Below are positions 59,973-64,000 of a stretch of 64,000 bases of DNA, in pieces. The notes below the pieces were generated by a model. It saw nothing but the letters and a program-made list of their open reading frames with translations, was not told where the DNA came from and did not search any database. This DNA is from Squalus acanthias. Its lineage: Eukaryota. Within the stretch, counting starts at the first letter, position 1. Every line of letters starts with the position of its first letter. The stretch is taken from assembly GCA_030390025.1 (NCBI GenBank), contig CM059432.1, forward strand, positions 5,828,001-5,892,000, read 5' to 3'. Both the position numbers and the translations under genes were made by a program.

Positions 59973-61322
59973 GAAACATAGAAACATAGAAAAATAGGAG
60001 CAGGAGTAGGCCATTCGGCCCTTTGAGCCTGCTCCGCCATTCAAGATGATCATGGCTGATCCTCTATCTCAATACCATATTCCCCCTCTCTCCCCATACC
60101 CCATGATGCCTTTTGTGTCTAGAAATCTATCTATCTCCTTCTTAAATATATTCAGTGACTTGGCCTCCACAGCCTTCTGTGGTAGAGAATTCCACAGGTT
60201 CACCACCCTCTGAGTGAAGAAATTTCTCCTCATCTCAGTCCTAAATGTCCTACCCCGTATCCCGAGACTGTGACCCCTCGTTCTAGACCCCCCAGCCAGG
60301 GGAAACATCCTCCCTGCATCCAGTCTGTCTAGCCCTGTCAGAATTTTATACGTTTCAATGAGATCCCCTCTCATTCTTCCTAAACTCTAGTAAATACAGG
60401 CCTAGTCGACCCAATCTCTCCTCATAAGACAGGCCTGCCATCCCAGGAATCAGTCTGGTGAACCTTCGCTGCACTCCCTCTATGGCAAGTATATCCTTTC
60501 TTAGGTAAGGAGACCAAAACTGCACACAGTACTCCAGGTGTGGTCTCACCAAGGCCCTGTATAACTGTTGTAAGACATCCTTGCTCCTGTACTCAAATCC
60601 TCTTGCAATGAAGGCTAACATACCATTTGCCTTCCGAACTGCTTGCTGCACCTGCATGTTTGCTTTCAGTGACTGGTGTACAAGGACACCCAGGTCCCTT
60701 TGTACATCAACATTTCCCAATCTATCACCATTTAAATAATACTCTGCCTTTCTGTTTTTCCTACCAAAGTGGATAACTTCACATTTATCCACGTTATACT
60801 GCATCTACCATGTATTTGCCCACTCACTCAACTTGTCTAAATCGCCTTGAAGCCTCTTTGCATCCTCCTCACAACTCACAATCCCACCTAGTTTCGTGTC
60901 GTCAGCAAACTTGGAAATATTAAATTTGATTCCCTCATCCAAATCATTGATATATATTATGAATAGCTGGGGCCCAAGCACTGATCCCTGCGTTACCCGA
61001 CTAGTCACCGCCTGCCACCCCGAAAAAGACCCATTTATTACTACTCTCTGTTTCCTGTTTGTTAACCAATTTTCAATCCATGCCAGTATATTACCCCCAA
61101 TCCCATGTGCTTTAATTTTGCACACTAACCTCTTATGTGGGACTTTATCAAAGGCCTTCTGAAAATCCAAATACACCACATCCACTGGTTCTCCCAGTTC
61201 TATCTATTCTACCAGTTACATCCTCAAAAAACTCCAGCAAGTTTGTCAAACACGATTTCCCTTTCATAAATCCATGTTGACTTTGTCTAATCCCGTTGAT
61301 TGACTTTGTCTAATCCCGTTGA
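59973..61322 (-). mobile_element. 5'-truncated CR1 inserted antisense into another CR1
   Basis: [29 protein letters not shown]; (GAAACATA)n tail at 59973. Confidence 0.93.
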
Positions 61323-62364
61323 ATCAGGCTGAATATAAAAAGTTCAGAGGGGAAGTGAAAAAGAAAATTAGAGGAGCAAAGAGAGATTATGAGAATAGAT
61401 TGACAGCTAACATAAAAGGGAATTCAAAAGTCTTCTCTAGGCATATAAATAATAAACGGGTAGTAAGAGGAGGGGTGGGGCCGATTAGGGACCAAAAAGA
61501 CTTACGCATGGAGGCAGAGGGCATGGTTGAGGTACTAAATGAGTTATTTGCATCTGTCTTCACCAAGGAAGAAGATGCTGCCATAGACAAAGTGAAGGAG
61601 GAGGTAGAGGAGATACCGGATGGGATAAGAATTGATAAAGACAAGGTACTGGAAAGGCTGGCTGTACTTAAAGTAGATAAGTCACCAGGACCGGATGGGA
61701 TGCATCGAGGACGCTGAGGGAAGTGAAGGTGGAAATCGCGGAGGTAATGGCCATAATCTTCCAATCCTCCTTAGAAACAGAGGTGGTGCCAGAGGACTGG
61801 AGAATTATAAATGTTACACCCTTGTTCAAAAAAGGGTGTAAAGATAAACCCAGCAACTATAGGCCAGTCAGTTTAACCTTGGTAGTGGGGAAGCTTTTAG
61901 AAACAATAATCAGGGACAAAATTAACAGTCACTTGGACAAGTGTGGATTAATTAAGGAAAGCCAGCACGGATTTGTTAAAGGCAAATTGTGTTTAACTAA
62001 ATTGATCGAGTTTTTTGATGAGGTAACAGAGAGGGTTGATGAGGGCAATGCGGTTGATGTGGTGGATATGGACTTCCAAAAGGCGTTTGATAAAGTGCCA
62101 CATAATAGGCTTGCCAGCAAGTTGAAGCCCGTGGAATAAAAGGGACAGTGGCAGCATGGATACGAAATTGTATATGTGACAGTAAACAGAGAGTGGTGGT
62201 GAAAGGTTGTTTTTCGGACTGGAGGAAGGTATACAGTGGTGTTCCCCAGGGGTCGGTACTAGGACCACTGCTTTTCTTGATATATATTAATGACTTGGAC
62301 TTAAGTGTACAGGGCACAATTTCAAAATTTGCAGATGACACAAAACTTGGAAGTATAGTGAACA
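61323..62364 (+). mobile_element. Continuation of host CR1 ORF2 (RT)
   Basis: KSPGPDGMH, NYRPVSLT, SQHGFVKG, KFADD. Confidence 0.9.
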
Positions 62365-64000
62365 GGAAAAACTGTAATGGAACAATGGGTGATCTTTAAG
62401 GAGGAGATGTTCCAAGTACAGGCTAGGTACATTCCAACAAGAGGCAAGAGTAAGGGGACCAAAGCAAGGGCTCCTTGGATGACGAGGGAGATAGAGAAGA
62501 TGATGAAACAAAAAAAAAAGAGGGTGTATGATGAATGTCAGGTGAATTCTTCAAGGGAGAACCAGACCAAATACAATAAGTTGAGAGGGGAAATGAAGAT
62601 GAAAATAAGATTGGCAAAGCGAGAATATGAGAGTAGAATGGCGGTTAACATAAAAGGGAACCCAAAAATCTTCTACCAGCATGTAAACAGAAAGCGGGTA
62701 GTAAGAGGCAGGGTGGGGCCTATTAGTGACAAAGAAGGTGATATATGCTTAGAGGCACAGCGCAAGGCTAGAATACTAAATGAGTACTTTGTACCGGTGT
62801 TTACTAAGGAGGTGGATGTTGACAAAATATCGGTAGAAGTGGAAAAGGTAGAAGCAATGGAAGGGGTGAAAATTGATAGACAGGATGCACTAGAAAGACT
62901 GGGTATGCTCAGAGTGGATAAGTCGCCTGATCCAGATGGCTTGCATCCCAGATTGCTAAGGGAATTGGGGGAGGAGATAGCAGAAGAGCTTGCCATAATT
63001 TTCCAATCTTCCCTAGATGCGGGGGAGGTGCCTGAGGATTGGAAAGTGGCAAATGTGACACCATTGTTCAAGAAAGGGTGTAAGGACAATCCTAGTAACT
63101 ACAGGCCGGTCAGTTTAACATCAGTGGTAGGTAAAGTTTTAGAAACAATAATCAAAGAAAAAATTAACGGGCACTTGGAGAGGTTTAAGCTAATTAAGGA
63201 GAGCCAACGCGGATTTGTAAAAGGCAGGTCATGTTTGACTAATCTAATTGAATTTTTTGATGAAGTAACAGGGAGGATTGATGAAGGGAATGCAATGGAT
63301 GTTGTCTACATGGATTTTAGGAAGGCGTTTGACAAAGTACCACATAGAAGGCTGGTTAACAAAATTGAGGCTCATGGAATAGGTGGGTCAGTGGTAGCTT
63401 GGATAAGGAATTGGCTTAAGGACAGAAAACAGCGAGTTGTGGTAAATGGCTGTTTTTCAGACTGAGGGATGGTAGACAGTGGTGTTCCCCAAGGGTTAGT
63501 GCTGGGGCCACTGCTTTTTTTGATATATATATATATATATATAAATGACCTGGATATTGGAATACAGAGTAGAATTTCTAAATTTGCCGATGACACCAAA
63601 CTTGGGGGTGTGGCAAACAGTGAGGATGATACCAATCGACTGCAACAAGACATAGAAAGGCTAGCAGAATGGGCAGACAAGTGGCAGATGGAATTTAATA
63701 CAGAGAAGTGTGAGGTGATACATTTTGGCAGAAGGAACAGGGAGAGGCAATATCCACTTAATGGCACAGTTTTCAAGAATGTGCAGGGACAGAGGGACCT
63801 GGGAGTTAATGTGCATAGGTCCCTGAAGGTGGTGGGACATATTGAGAGAGTGGTTAGCAAAGCATATGGGATCTTGGGCTTCATAAATAGAGGTACTGAG
63901 TACAAAAGTAGAGAAGTTATGCTGAACCTTTATAAAGCGCTGGTTAGGCCACAACTGGAGTATTGCGTCCAGTTCTGGTCACCACACTTTAGGAAGGATG
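62365..64000 (+). mobile_element. Further CR1 ORF2 copy running off the window, with (TA)n expansion at ~63523-63543
   Basis: 362-aa ORF at 62377-63465 restarts upstream of the RT; DFRKAFDKVPH, KFADD. Confidence 0.92.

Noticed and set aside
1..64000. Prokaryotic-type systems (CRISPR, retrons, operons) suggested by the many RT ORFs
   Set aside because: No repeat-spacer array or operon structure; every RT fragment has eukaryotic non-LTR retrotransposon motifs.

Overview
Vertebrate genomic DNA, most likely a shark or other cartilaginous fish, judged from the SacSINE1-like DeuSINEs, an HE1-like V-SINE and HER1-like CR1 LINEs. The only host coding sequence I can support is two minus-strand exons of NIPAL2 (10858-10926 and 136-307, both GT-AG and in frame with each other). 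The first coding exon is not visible and may lie in the 500-N gap at 24504-25003. The rest of the window is intronic or upstream sequence densely packed with nested transposons: CR1, L2, RTE, Vingi, a second CR1/L2-group LINE, three SINE families, Penelope-like fragments carrying minimal hammerhead cores, Harbinger- and hAT-type DNA elements, and short solo LTRs. Almost all ORFs in the track are TE-derived or antisense artefacts. I see no evidence for a new multi-gene system. The best leads are a tight cluster of three ~220-bp TG..CA elements in mixed orientation around a NIPAL2 exon, hammerhead cores with visible covariation, a duplicated LINE-spacer-SINE cassette, and several MITE families. 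Family names are from recall, not from database searches. TE boundaries without TSDs are approximate.
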